From Sphaerodactylus townsendi (taxonomy: Eukaryota), in NCBI RefSeq assembly GCF_021028975.2, contig NC_059440.1, positions 29,388,001-29,452,000 on the forward strand: a stretch of 64,000 nucleotides of DNA. Direction: 5' to 3'. The notes beneath the pieces are model-generated. The model saw nothing but the letters and a program-made list of their open reading frames with translations, did not search any database and was not told the DNA's origin. Position numbers and translations under genes: made by a program. Shown here one piece after another: positions 44,330 through 58,200 of this stretch; position 1 is the stretch's first letter; each line of letters starts with the position of its first letter.

Positions 44330-46500
44330 AATTAGTTTCACGACACGGCCGCCACTTCCTCAGCAGTCTGGAAAAAGGAGGAGAAGGGTGAGCTGTTCTG
44401 GATCTCAGGTTCCTCAACAGATTCACAAGATACCAGGATTTCAAAGGAGAAATGCTGAAGATGACAGCGGGGCGTCTTCTGAGGGAGGATTTCATGTCCC
44501 CTGTAGACTTCCCAGAGGGCTATCTATGTGTCCCATCTGCCTTTCCCACAGATGAGTCCTCTGGTTTGCCTTTGACAACTGACACTTTCCATTCAAGGCT
44601 GAGTCCTTTGGCCTGGGCATTCACTAACCTGATGGCTCATCTTCCCATCAGGGGGAGTGCACCACCAGCCTTATCAGGTCTTCATCCACAGCAATAGTGG
44701 CAACTAAATTTTATTGACTTCAGCACAGATTTGTTTAATATAGATTTAATCTAACCATCCAACGTCTTATGGCAGGATGGCTTCCTCAAGCTTCCAGAAA
44801 AGCCAACTCAAGTAGGGTGATAATCAACAAGCGTGCTTTCCTCTTCCAGATAAGGGTGGAAAGTAAATGGAAGCTGTAATTCAAGCACAGACCGTCAAGC
44901 TGCTGGATCTTGTGTCCCCAAGTCACACACACAAAGCCCAATGACTGCAACCATTAACACTGTTCCTCGGCAATAGCACATCTGATAGTCCTTCAGTTCA
45001 GTTCCAGTACTCAGTAGCACTTGAAGAGGAGTTTGGATTCATACCCGCCTTTCTCTCCTGTAAGGACACACAAAGGGGCTTACAAATCCTTTCCCTTCCT
45101 CTCCCCACAACAGACACCTTAGGAGATAGGTGGGGCTGAGAGAGTTCAGAGATAACTATGACTAATCTAAGGTATGGAGGAGTGGAGAAACAAATCTGGT
45201 TCATCAGATGAGACTGCCGCACTTGTGGAGAAATGGGGAATCAAATCTGGTTCGCCAGACTTGAGTCCACCTGCTCTTAACCACTACACCGTGCTGGCTT
45301 TCTCCGGACATGTCATGTTGGTAATGACTCCGTTTAAAGAAGACCTACAGGAGTGGTCAGTGGAAGACGACACATGCAAGGCAGATCCTTCCAGCTTCGC
45401 TCAATGGGCAGATTGGTAGATATGGCCACTTTTTTAGTTGAGGTGCCGCTGCTCTTTGCCTCACCTAATCAGAACAAGATTGGTAGCTTGGACATCTGCA
45501 TCAAGATTGACACCACCTCTGCAAAAGCACACATGAACAGGAAAGTGGGCACCAAATCCAGAGTGCTGCACAGAGCCTCCAGTGACCACTGCTTGTGGGC
45601 AGAGAAATGTTGTAAACCACCCAGAGCCCTCCGGGGGTGGGCGGTATAAAAGTCAAATACATAATAATAATAAATACCTTCACTCCCTAAGGGCGGTGGT
45701 TCCCTGAATATCCAAACGAGTGCTTGAGCCAAAGCAGCCTGCGCTGGGAGGATGTCTCTAAACCCAGAGTTCCTCCTGAGTGTGGTTCTTCATTTTGGTT
45801 AATGACAACTGTGTCCGCCGCTCTCCACAAAGTGATTATCGCTGATCATCAAGACTATATCACACTAGTTAGAAAAGAAATGCATCCACAGGTGGCAAAC
45901 CCCCCTCGTATTCTGCTGTTTCTACAAGGCGGCCTGGCCTGTACGATCAGGGTCTGAGGAGGCAGATACTGGCTGCAGCCTCCATATTGGACATTCCCAC
46001 ATTCGACATCCACTACTTCCCAGTCCAAACAGTGAATGTGGTAGTCCACTTGAACCTGGTGGAGGAGCATCCCTCTGATTTCTCATGCAGATGTTTCTTT
46101 TCTTTAGCTTCTGTAGCCAAGGGCCTCTGTTTATTCTCCAAGGATAATAACCCAACCCGACCCTCTTGCTTCGACGTTTCACAAATTGTAGGATTGCCTG
46201 CTTTCTTTTCATCCCAAAACAGTCCATCAGAGGGAAAAATCTGTATCGGGCTTTGCACGTCTACATTAGGTGAATCAAGCTGATCAGAAAATTGGGTTCC
46301 TTGTTTCTGCTGGATGTTAAGGGAGGAAGATGCTCAGCATATGGCTGCAGAAGGCCATCTCTTCCCAAGAGCACCAGAGGGGAAAATTGCACACTCCATT
46401 AAAAGGACGCTGACAACAGTGGCTTTCACCATCACATCCTCAGGTTTTTAGACATCTGCAAGGCAGAAACTTGGGCTCTCGTGGCCCACATTTCTTACCT
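44330..46500 (+). mobile_element. Decayed DIRS-like tyrosine-recombinase retrotransposon (RT, RNase H and YR remnants)
   Basis: RT: VLDLRFLNRFTRYQDFKGEMLK..EDFMSPVDFPEGYLCVP (about 44395-44535), then ..PFKAESFGL. RNase H: IKIDTTSAKAHMNRKVGTKSRVL..LWAEK (about 45500-45607). YR: ILLFLQGGL, LRRQI, RALHVYIR, AHSIKR (about 46389), DICKAETW (46451). The domain order is typical of DIRS, with many stops and frameshifts. Confidence 0.75.
45017..45298 (-). mobile_element. Gecko/squamate tRNA-derived SINE inserted into the DIRS relic
   Basis: Minus-strand head agccagcacggtgtagtggttaagagc..gaaccagatttgattccccat, with body ctctctcagccccacc..ggggagaggaagggaaagg. Confidence 0.75.
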
Positions 46501-46681
46501 AGAATTAACTCCATGGCTTTAGCTGACATGCCAAATAGGGTTCCACACGTGGTATCTTCCTTCCGCTGAATCTGTGGAAAACATTCCCTCCTGCACACAG
46601 CTTTGTAATGTCCCAAGCGATGTGACGTCAGTAACAACTCCAATGCTTGCGCAGAATACCTTTACCTTTTAAGTGTTACCA

Positions 46682-46941
46682 CAGAGGGTCCCCAGCTGCA
46701 TGGGGCCAGATAAGACTTTTGCCCAGCAAGGCTTTTGATTGGCTCTGCCGAATTTTCAAAATGTGGCTTTGGCAGCTGCTGCCACCACAGCACAAGGATC
46801 TGCACTGCTTCTGAAGTTAAGTTGTGGCAGCCATTTTGTGACTGGCTCTTCTTCCTGTGGCAGCCATTTTGTGACTGCGCCCACTATGCCGTGAGAGAAT
46901 TCCAAATGTGCCCACAGGCGCAAAAAGGTTGGTGACCTCTG
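46682..46941. mobile_element. Non-autonomous DNA transposon (hAT-like MITE)
   Basis: Imperfect termini cagagggtcccca / ggttggtgacctctg. Internal 22-bp direct repeat tgtggcagccattttgtgactg occurs twice. Confidence 0.5.
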
Positions 46942-48440
46942 GTGATACAGGACGTCTTTCCCAAGTGAAAACTGGGCTGTTATTTCAGAAAGAGGACATC
47001 CCAGATCCACCTGATCACTTGGCTGCTCAGGTTCAGAGAGGGCGCAGGTGAGGAGAGGGTCTGCCAAAGCATCCCTATGCATGCATCTAAATGTATCTGT
47101 GTTCTAATTCACTTATACCCAGAGTTTTGTATGTTTTGTCAATCTTGTTAACATTACTATCAAAGTTCTTCAACTGCTGCTCTTAGCATCGTATCTTATG
47201 AGGTTATGGTTCTACATAATTCCTGGAATGGCAGGATGACCCTGTGCAGTTCTCAGCAGGGCCCCGACTGCAGCTGTCCTCCCAGGAACAGCAGCCCCAC
47301 TTCCTGCCTCCCGGGATCACAGCACAAACAGCACCTCAAGCATTCACAGGAAAGCCTCCTCTCCCCTCGGGTTGAATGAATTCTCCTGTTAAGTCACTGC
47401 TCCATTCAGGAAAAACCCCAGGGACCAATGTTTATACACAGGTAGCACTTTAGTGCTCACATCCCATTTGAACACATCACAAAGACAAGGGCAGGGAACC
47501 GTTGCTATGAAAAAAAGCTACTCATACAGGGACTTTGGCAGGCAAATCCATTTCTTTTCCAAGGCAAGCCTCAACTGCACAGATCACGGTGCAGCAAAAG
47601 TGGACTCCACAGAACACTTCTTAAAATTAGTCTGACAAATGAAAAAGGATTCTGGAGAGCTGCTTGTGGTGACAGTCCGAGTTCTTCTCTGAAGTGTGTT
47701 TTCCTCAGTGTTCTTCTAAGCCCCCCAACTCCGGCTGGCCCTGCTCCTGTGACAAAGGCCCAGGAAGCGGTTCCAGGCTGCCGATTTTCCCATGAGATGA
47801 GAATCCTACTGCAGAACCACAGGAGGATTATGAGAGCTTTCATATACAAAACAGAAATCATGTTCAACTTTTGGTGGTTACAGAAACAAAAAGAAGAGCA
47901 CTGGTTTTCATTATGAATTGCCAGAACACCTTAATACCCAGCAGTAAGTTTACAGCAGAATGCCCAAGTATCCCTTAATCCTACTCAACTATGCTTTGAC
48001 ACAGTTTCTGGTGATCAAAACAGTACTTCAAAAATTCAGCCAGGCAAATGCCACATTCCTTCCTGCCTTGGTCCAGAGTAGCCCCCACCCTGCAAATGTG
48101 ACACCAACTGTTTTTCCCGCAGTGAGCCATTCCTTCCACCTAGGAGGAAGGCCCAGGGCCCAGTATGTGCATGGGGGAGGATCAGGAATGGGACAGAACA
48201 AAGGCACAGCTTCACCCTCTTCCGCAGAGCAATTAAACACACAAAGAACGGTTACAAAATGCAATCTGCAGCATGCAGCGACCCCGCCCCTTTACTCACT
48301 GCTCCTATGAGAACTGGTCATATCTGGAACAGCCCCCTCCTCACCCAGAGGCAAGACCCCGTCGAGAGGGGGAAGGCAGCACGCTCCATTGCTGTGAAAA
48401 GACAAGCCACTTCCTCTCCTTTTAAACTTGCAAGGTTGTC

Positions 48441-49299
48441 TTTATTTTGTTCTTTATAATTTGAAAATGAAAAGAAATAGTATGGAGTCAATTTCTTTCT
48501 TTTTTAAATATTTGTTCTATGTATTTACAAGCTGTAAAGTTGCACTAGAGGTTCTGAAAGGACTGCTACTAATTCCTCCTTCTCCAGGGCAGCACTTGTT
48601 TGCACTCAGCCAGGTATCCCAAGCAGTCTGGTCCACAGCTGGTTTTTCAAACTCGCTCCTTCGGTTCCAATGTCACGCTTTGTTCTTTTTGTTCTTTTTT
48701 TTGGAAGCAAGCTCAGAGGCGGGCAGAAAGGTCTGGTGGCCATTTGTGAAGAGTTCCTCCCCTCCGCTAGCTCATTCCCAACCCCCTTGAGGATTTATTA
48801 CACAGCTACCGTGCTCTGAAACAAAACTGAGGTGGATCTGCAAGGGAGGGAAATTTATTTCTCTGCTTTTTTGTCTATTTTACAATTTGTTACAGAAACT
48901 GCAAATTTAAAAATTACACTGACATTTGCAGTCCTTAGAATAATAAATTAAAAGTTCCCACTTTTTTTCCTAAACAGATTTGTTTCTTTTTAAAGTATGA
49001 GTCCTTGTTTAAAAAGGAAAAAGATTAAAACAGAAAATATTTTCTATAAATAATAGATGTATTTTGGTTTAGTGCTCCTGCCCTCAGGTTTGAAGTGGAC
49101 TTGAATTTTCAAGTAGTTTTCCGTCCTCCATGATCACCTTTTGCGTTTACATCTATTTTTTCCTCTCCCGCTCGTGCACATGCGGGAGAAGGGGGGGGGG
49201 GTTCTGCGCGAGAATTGGCCTTGCTGCACTGTGATTGGCGAAGACATGAACCTTTGTTAAAAAAAAATACTTAAATTGTTTTTTTTTTTGTATTCAGTT
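48441..49299 (-). other. EIF4G3 3' UTR with several AATAAA signals
   Basis: AT-rich tract after the stop. tttatt on the + strand at about 48854, 48794 and 48441. Confidence 0.6.
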
Positions 49300-52200
49300 T
49301 TAATTATCCTCCGACTCCTCTTCGGCTTCCCGAAGCCACGTAAAGAAGGCCGTGACTGATTTAAGCGCTACACCTTTCCCATTCTGCTCTGCTGGGTCTT
49401 TGCTGCTTTCCCATTTGTAGAAGGCATCCTCTGATATCACTTCCTCATCGTACAGGCAATCGAAAAACATCCGTAACAAATCTGCAGGAAGAGAAGAATA
49501 TCCTCTGAACAGCATTTATTGGCTCAGCATCACATGAATGCATGGAACTGGTCCATCTAGTTCTGGACTGAACTGCAGTAGTTCTCCTGAGCCCAGTGCA
49601 AAGTATCTTTTCTGAGCAATATTGATGCCCAAGATTCTTAAAACAGACAGTCTAAGGAACAAACCTGGGATTGCCTGCCTGCCTGCACACCAAGCAGTCC
49701 TCACCCACTAGGGATGGATCACGGTCTCAGTTCAAAGTGTCACTTGCAGAACTGCAGATATGGTGAAGGGAATCCTGCCTAGCTTATGACGTCATGCAGA
49801 CTTAGAAGGTTCTGACATTGCAAATTTGAATGGTATGTTTAGACCAGGGGTAGGGAACCTGTGGCTCTCCAGATGTTCAGGAACTACAATTCCCATCAGC
49901 CCCTACCAGCATGGCCAATTGGCCGCAGGTTCCCTACCCCTGTTTTAGACAATGCTGGCACCCCGTTCTGAATATATTTATTAGTGCTCGGAGTCTTTTA
50001 GGCACATGAGAATCCAGACCCCCCCCCCCCCATCACATAAAGAGAGATGCACACCTGTCTAGCACTTGAGCAAATACCAAGTCCTAAGAGATTATATATT
50101 CCATGTATCCCCTGGAGGTTGTTTGAAAGGGGGGAAAGAAGGCTTTTGCACAGATGATGGGGTTCATAAGGCTGAAGCAGAAGGCTGTGCATGTGAACTT
50201 TTGTCAGGACACCCATACCTTCCTTTGAAGAAACTCTGAGCTCTTGCGGCAGGAATAGCCCTTTCTTTCCCTTGTTAAACTGGGACTGGGGAGAGGAAGG
50301 ATGTCTCCTCTGGGAGTTTCAAAAAAATCAATTACTTTTCAACATACTTCCAGCAGGACAATACACGGTCAGGCCTACAAGTGGGGGGGGGGAGGGGGGG
50401 GGTGATGGGCTCAATTTTTTTTCCAGCAAAACCTCTCTGATAGCAGAAGCAGAGTTATGTAACACAAGTCAATGTTCTGTCAGCCCTACAACCAGAGACG
50501 TTCACTGAGCAGCGAGACAACTTCTGCCCACACTGCACAAAGCTGACTTAAGAGTCCAAGCAACACAGGCTGTCAAATGGGAGGACACTTACTAGGAGGC
50601 TGATCAAGTTTTACTATTGATGCTTGTAGTGCGTAAAGTGCTTGTAGTTCCTTCTCCGTGTCCGAGCCTAGGTACTTAAGTAAGATCGGCACTCTCTGCT
50701 TGATAACAGCAGTGTCCACTCGTAAGCTAGAACTATCCACTGAAAAGAAAAAGAAGAGACCTGCGTCAGGCTGTGGCTGAGGGGAGGGCAGGCCAGGTCT
50801 GCCTCCAGAAGACAGGACAATTGCAGAAGACTTCATGGGAGTTTGGGCCAACCACATGACAGACAAGATGCGCTGAGAGAAAGTGGCTGCCATCCCACCC
50901 TGCCCTCAGACACAAAGATCAGGAACTGAGACACACTTGTGATACTAACAACGCAGGCTCAGTTCTCAGCTTTACTGAGTTGCTGAAATAGACAACACCA
51001 CGTTTCCCACCAATTAAACACTTGTCGAGCCACATAAAGATGCTCAAGAACACCAAGTGATATGGTGACTTTCATGACCTAGAAAATGAAAAGTGAGAAA
51101 GCACCCATGCCCACACAACAGGAAGGAGAAAGTCCTCTTCCCCAAAGTGAACANNNNNNNNNNNNNNNNNNNNNNNNNNNNNNNNNNNNNNNNNNNNNNN
51201 NNNNNNNNNNNNNNNNNNNNNNNNNNNNNNNNNNNNNNNNNNNNNNNNNNNNNNNNNNNNNNNNNNNNNNNNNNNNNNNNNNNNNNNTTTCCAACAATAT
51301 AAGTCTGGATGAAAACCAACTGCTGTACAACAATACCTTGGACTTACTTGGGAAGGTGTCTTCTCTACAGTATGGCAAAGTAATCTAGCTGGTTTAGGTC
51401 ACATCCCCAATAATTTAGGCAGGGCTATGTAAATTTTTATGCACCCTCTTCAGTATAGCCAAGTCCTGATCGACCTTGGTCCCAAGATAATTGTTCCCAC
51501 TATCCTGGGTGGGTTTCTGGATAACTTTGCCCTACTGTAGATGTGCCCCCTGTGCACAGAGCAGGCTGCCCCTGTGCAGTCTTTAAACAATTCCCCTTAT
51601 CCTCCTCCGTCAAAGAAGAAGGGGCTGTGGGGACCTTTCCTTTCTCCATGCTGAGCAGATCTGGTGGACAAATTCGCACTCAGCTTTGAGAAGCCCAGAG
51701 CAAGGATCAAAGCTCCTGCCCTGAGTGAGCAGGAACTGGAGAGAGGTCGGCCTCGTCAGCCAGGAGAGGATGCCAAAAAAACAAACACATAGCCCTGCTG
51801 GAAATATTGGGGGCGTGACCTAAACTAGATGGATGAGTGAAGCCCTATGGTAAAAGATGTCAACTGTTCCTTCCCCATCCTCAATTGACTTGGATTTAAA
51901 GTCGTGATGATTCTTTGTTTATGCTGATAAAGGACTGATCTGCTTTGATTCAAAGAGGACCCCCAAAGTCCACTGTGCCAAAAGCCTGTGTCTCAGAGCC
52001 CAACTAGATGGGATGAAACATGGGGAATCCTGATCTAACTCCCATCATGCCACTGTCAAAGGCTGTTTGCAGGAAAGAAAGCTCCCAAGCACTCTGGGGC
52101 CAACAGGGATCATTGCTGTCACCCAGGAGGAGAAAGGGCTGGAGGCTGAGACCGCTTCTCCCCTCTATGCTGAGGTTATCAGGGGTCCCCCGAGTGTCTA

Positions 52201-55200
52201 GTTTGGCTCTCTGGGTCACCGTGTGCTGGAGTCATTCTTCATGCACAGGGAATGATAGTAACAGACAAATTCTGTGGTTAAACAATGCGCAACTCACCTA
52301 TAATAGCTGCTTTACAAACTGCTGTCATTAAAGCTCTAAGGAATGTCGGTGAACTCATCTGGCTTTCATCTAGATTTGCCTAAAATGAAGAGCGGGAAGT
52401 CCGTTAGTTGCCTTCATAAACAATTGCTGGCCACAGGAGAGCCAAGGCTTCCGAAGGCTGCTGAAGCTGGCTGGTTTGCCAAATCAGCTCCTCACTGGAG
52501 CCACAGGGAGCAGGCGAGAGACACCCCTCCTGTGGGAGTCCCTTCAGCCAGAGCACGCCTGTTGAAGCACATGGCCCACAGAGAGACACTGAGGGCAAGG
52601 ATCTACTCTGCCACATGGATGTTGGCTGCAGCAAAACACTGGCCTGGAAAATACAACTGGTGATAGCCGCAACTCTCAGGGACTAATCTGGCACAAGGGG
52701 CAAGTGCCAGAGACCAGCTGGGTCATGCCAGCCAGCCAGCAAAGGGAGCCTGTACCTCTACCCAGTCAAAGATCTGCTCGTCGTTCGCCTTGTCCTCCAT
52801 AATGAGTTTCTCCAGCTGTTTGTTCAGCTCTTCAGCAGAGAGTTCTTTCTTTGAAAGTGCTTCTGAGGAACCGGAACTGTCAGTCTCTGTGAAGTCCAAC
52901 TTCTGCAGAGACGAGGAGGAGAAGGGAGTTTCCATCTATCCCTTGTTGGACTCTCCAACTGCCCCTCCTGCCCACCACCCCACAATCAAGACAGGAGCAG
53001 TCTTCATCGCGATTCCTGCCTGTCCAACTCCTGTGTGCCCTGGGACCAGAGTCTCCCTGGGCTAGTCCCCCTGCCCATTGTTGAGGCCTTCCACTCAAGA
53101 GCATCCCTTGTCAGGGTTTCTTCTCACTGGGCCTCACAGTGCTATAGCAGGGTTCACTCCTGCTGAGTCCCGAGTGCCACATTAAAACAAGATGTCATTT
53201 ACCCAGGACTTGGGTTAAGCCGTTTACATTGCTGGAAGGCTGTTCACATAGTCGTCGTCGTGGCCCCCCCCCGCCCCCCCCCCCAAATCCTTTTCTTTGT
53301 TTTTTACTGTATACTGCTGGGCTGCTGCTGGATATTTTTCCAGTAGCTTTTTATGGTTTATAATGCTTTATTAAAAGATTTTCTTGCTGCTGGTAATGGC
53401 TTTGGAAGTCAAGGGAGAAAGACTTTTCATCCAAGTCAAGCCAAGAGTTGTGCAGCCACACATGGGCACCCCCATTCATTAAATCGGTCACTTTCTTGTA
53501 CGCAGGATGCTGTCCCCGCAGAGCATCCTGGCCCCAACGTACCTGCTCCATGAGAAATGCCTGGACCTCTTCTCCTTCTGGTAAGAAGTCTTTCCAGCTG
53601 AGGCCAGCCTCCCTCCACAAGGCTGCCACTTTCTTATGGCTCTAGAACACAAAGGGAGCCCCTCGGCTGTGAACCTGGGAGGGGCAGCCAAGGGGCCCAG
53701 GCAGGCCGTCCCTAGGGGGGAAGGAGTGGCTGCAGAGGAGGCCTCGTTGGCAGCAGCGACTGGGCCACCCCGCAGAAGGGTCTGGCAGTGCACTACTGGG
53801 GGGTACTGGCAGCATTTCACAGCGGAGGGGGAAAGAATGCTCAGGCCATGACGGTGGGCCCTTCAGAGAAAGGAGAGTGACCGGGAAGCTCAAACAACAT
53901 TCCGAAGCTGACCTCAAGGGTCTCCAGAATTTTTTTTTTTTGGGGGGGTGGCTGTTTCTGAACTGCCCACGCAGACTTCACAACCATCTCTGAAAAATCT
54001 GCACTCAGCCCACAAGACTGCTGGCTTTCCCCCAGCACTGCCACCTGCCTGGCCCCATCACTGTCGTTATTCGTCCGTGGAAGTGGCCCCTGGCACACTC
54101 ACCATTTGTTTGCATAGAAGGTGCAGCATTTCGGAAAGTAAGATCCCGGCTCTTCCGACTGGAAGCAGAGGCTTGCTAAATTCTCTGCAATGGAACAGCA
54201 ACAAACAGGGACTTTTGAGACGGAGGCTGCGGAAGAATCCCACCAAGGACTTCTCAAGGGGCAGCCCTTCTGCTCTGCTTGACAAGCTCTCTGGACTCAT
54301 CCATGGAATGCCAGCTCCAGCTCCAGCCAGGGCTGGCTTTGCTACCCATCCCCAAAGGAAGAGCTCTGCTTACGTCAGAAGTTCTCGCATAGAGATCCCT
54401 CCTTCTTTTAACATGGGGGTCACTAGCTCAGCCAAGTACAACCAGATGTGTGGGATATCAATAGCCATGTCATCTGCGGTCTCCAAAGTGTCTGAAAACC
54501 TACAGGAGAAAGTCACCCTGGTCAATTCACATTCCGTCTGGGAGCCTGCACTGGTCACTTCCGAGTGAATGATGCTATGTGTATGATTCTTGTGTATCAT
54601 CCACAAAAGAGAACACCCAAAAATCGTTCTTCCTTCCCTGGCAGTCTACCCACCCCTTGAAGAAGTCCTCCTTGCTTAGTTTTTCTGACTGCACCAGCTG
54701 ATACAGCAACTGGCCCATGTGATCTCTGGTGATCTGGCTCCTCTCAAGGGTGGATTCCACTCCCACTTGCACGAAGACAGGCAGCACATCCGGAACGTTC
54801 AGCTCCTCCACACACTGCATTGCTTCCTGTGCAGGCAACACAAGGGAGGGGGGACACAGAGGCTGTCTTCTTGGTGCCTGCGAATCTCATCTCAACATTC
54901 AGACAAAAGATGGGAATCCCATGCAAGCCGCCCGTTAGGGCACGGTGACCCACTCCCTCCCCAGAAGCTGCTATGGCGGTCCTGCTGGGGGCTGCCGTTC
55001 CACTTGCCTTGTAGTCGTTAATGTGCAAGAATTCATCAATGATTGATCTGCACTTTCTCTCCACTTCCTCGTCTGACAGGGCAGGCTTGCTGTCTTGGGC
55101 AGGGTAGGTGGGAATCTCAACTTTGGCTTTTGAAATGGTTAAAGAGAAGATTAACGCACAGGCATGAAGCAGAAGGCAGCTTCCTTGGGACCACTCCCCA

Positions 55201-58200
55201 CCAGTGGAACTGAAAAAGTCCTTGTGAATCATTCTCACCAGGGGGCCAGCCCCGCCCCAAGAACCTATCCTATCACATTTGACGTGCAGGAGGGGGAGGA
55301 AGGGAAAACATGGGTAGCAGCACCCACAGTTCCTTCCTGTCTCATTGACTTAGGCTTACTTTCCATAGGGGAGAGCTTGTGCCCAAAATTTCACAGGAAA
55401 AGAAAGGTTTGAAGGAAGTACAAGGTGGCCTCATCAGGGGAGAGGCGGCTGCAGGCAGACAAGAGAAAGGGCTGGCAGGAGCAGAAGACCGTGAGGCAGC
55501 TGAGGGGTGGTGCTGTGAACATCACCAGGGGCCAAGAGCAAGGAGTTGGGGAGTCGATGGGGAGACGACGGATAGAGAAAACAGCCCTGTGGGCAGTGGC
55601 AGCAAGGGGGAGTGCTCTGCCAGCAGAGAGGGCGGTGTGCCAGTGGAGGGGGGGAGGGCAACACAGAGAGGGTGACCTCCTCAGCATGAACTGCAGCACA
55701 GATTCAAAGGTGGACCATTCAGTGGGCTCAGGCATTCTTCTCTGTGCTCCTCTAGGTTAATGTTGCTCTGCTTGCTTTCTAAGAATTCTATGGCTAAAAT
55801 CATTAAGAATATGAAAGTCCACAAGGAATTCTGTCCACTACCCACCTTAACAGAAACTCTCTACACACAAAAGCAACCAGCAGCCACCCACCCACCCCGG
55901 CTTTTTGACATGAGGGACACTGCAGCCGTTTGGAGGCTGAATGCAGATGAAATCACAGACAAGCAGGTAGGTGAAGCTGCTCCCCCGCCTGGCAGCTGCT
56001 CCCCCGCCTGGCCTCCACAGTCCCCAGCAGGCTCAGCAGGGCTCCCCACAGCTCCCAAGTGCTGGTCAGAAGGCCCCAGGCAGGCAGCACACATAGGAGA
56101 AGGGAAACTCACCCACTTCCTTGACTTTGCTCCGGTCTGCCTCCGTGCTGTTCCGGTCACTCTCCAGGCCACCAGTTAACTGTTTCACTGTCTCCAGCAT
56201 CTCCCGCCGCTGCTCCTCTTGAGCTTGGTTGTCCAGGAGGAGTTCTTTGCTGCTGCTGCCCCGCAGGAAGGTGCCGGGCCGGGAAACAGAAGAGGGCAGC
56301 AGCTTGTCATTCTTCTCCCTGCCCGAGCTCCCACGACTGCAGGAAGAAAGACGTTGCACGGGCTGCTGCCTGACCCCATCAGGGCATTTATACCAACCAA
56401 CCTCTACTGTGAACTGCGACTAAGAATAAGCAGAAAAATTCAGGTCTCCCCAGAAGAGGGGCCAGAGGCTGGTTTTAAGGGAACGGGTGAAATGCCATGC
56501 TTCTCACCCAGGAAGGCATGCACGGGTGGGTGGTCCTGCTCTGCCCGCTGGTGCCTCTGAGGCAGCATCACCCACGGCCTTCTTGAAAAATAAGACCCAG
56601 AGACCCAGTAGTCGGCTGCTCACTGCTTACCTGGTTAAGGCCCGGCGAGAGTCCAATTCTGACGAGGTGACAGACGCTGACACGGATGACACGGGAGGCT
56701 GCAGTGCAGAGAAGCGGTTCAAACTAGTGGCACTTGGTCGTAGGGAATCTGCAAGAGGATGTTGGGGAGAGTGACAGCCGTCTCTAGAGCACAGCAGCTC
56801 CACCCACGACCACCTGGACTCTGGGGCAGGAGTCTGTTTTGCGCCTGGGAATATTTGAGAGGCCGACAACAAGCCAGGTAGGGAGCCCCAGGGCAGCGAG
56901 AGGACAGGATTCAGTGGGCCAGGAGAAGCAGGATCTGGCCATCTCGAAAGCCACCCAAACATCCTGACGGGCATGAACCTGGCTAGTTGGCAAGCTCACA
57001 CCACAATTCAACAACGGGTTACAAAGCCACCGAAACAGGGCAGATGCTTTCATGATCAGCTCTTTATTTCTCTCAATGCCAGTAACTAAGACTGATAACT
57101 CCATTTAATCCGAATTAAGAATGCTTGTTAGTGGGAAACACAGCCCTTTGTGCTTAGGCATTTTAGCTCACTGGAGTTAAAGACCTGCACCACAAAACAC
57201 AGAACTTTGTGTGAGGGAAAGATTATGCAAGTATTGCTGCTGATCAGGCTCATCATCCCTCAGGCCCTCCAGATGTTATGGACTACAGTTCCAATCATCC
57301 CCTGCCAGAATCATGCTGGCAGGGGATGATGGGAACTGTAGTCCATAACATCTGGAGGGATGCGAGTTTGACACCTGTGCCTCAGGGCAAACGGAGATCT
57401 GATTCTGAGGTCCATGCTAAGCCGAAGAATGTGGGATTTCATTTAAAAAAAGACACATGCACCGAGTAGCCGGTCCTTTCGACAGAGAGGAGGGGCTCAG
57501 CAGGGGGCAAGCTACACAACGTTTCAGGGGCTCAGGCCAGAGAAGCACAAGGGGCAACGGCTGAACAAACATGCATATGCAAAAGGACTCTGGTGGCCTC
57601 AATTACGCCAGTCCTGGCATCTGACCACTGGGTCTCGTTTTAGTCACTCTTGGAGCAGGATTCTGAGGTGGCTTCTCAAAAGCCAGGCCACAATCAGAAA
57701 GCCTGGCTGACAAGTCGGGGGAGGGGGGGAACTCTGTACTTCCCCCGAGGAGGCCATGTTCTGAGCCCTGGAGCAGAGAGAAGGAAAGAGAGCCCCGTGC
57801 TTACCAATCTCGCTGACCTTCGCTCCGCCACTGCTGCCTTTTCCCCAGCTGCCCAGCTGGGCTTTAGGCACAAGCTGGATCTTTTCATCAATTGTGGGCT
57901 GCAAGACACAAGAGGGCTCATCAGGCGGAGTCTGCTCGGGGCGGGGGCGGCTCTTTGGCAAGCGGCCAGGAGGAACTGCCCGTCTCCCCACAAAGGCAGC
58001 ACACATCAGTCAAGCACGCTTGAAGAACAGCTTCCAGGTGGAAGGGGTATGAAAACCTGGGGCCAGGTGAACTGCACAGTTTTCGGCGGTCCCCCCAGCC
58101 AGTCCTCTCACCAAGGGCCTCTTCTCAAATACACACCTTTGTGATTTTAAGGAACTTGGTGGGGTCCAGAACACGGCTGTTCTTCGCCCCTTGCACAGTG

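Noticed and set aside
51154-51287. ORFs spanning the N-gap, or a missing EIF4G3 exon
   Set aside because: The ORFs are artefacts of the Ns. The flanking exons join in phase and match the known protein.
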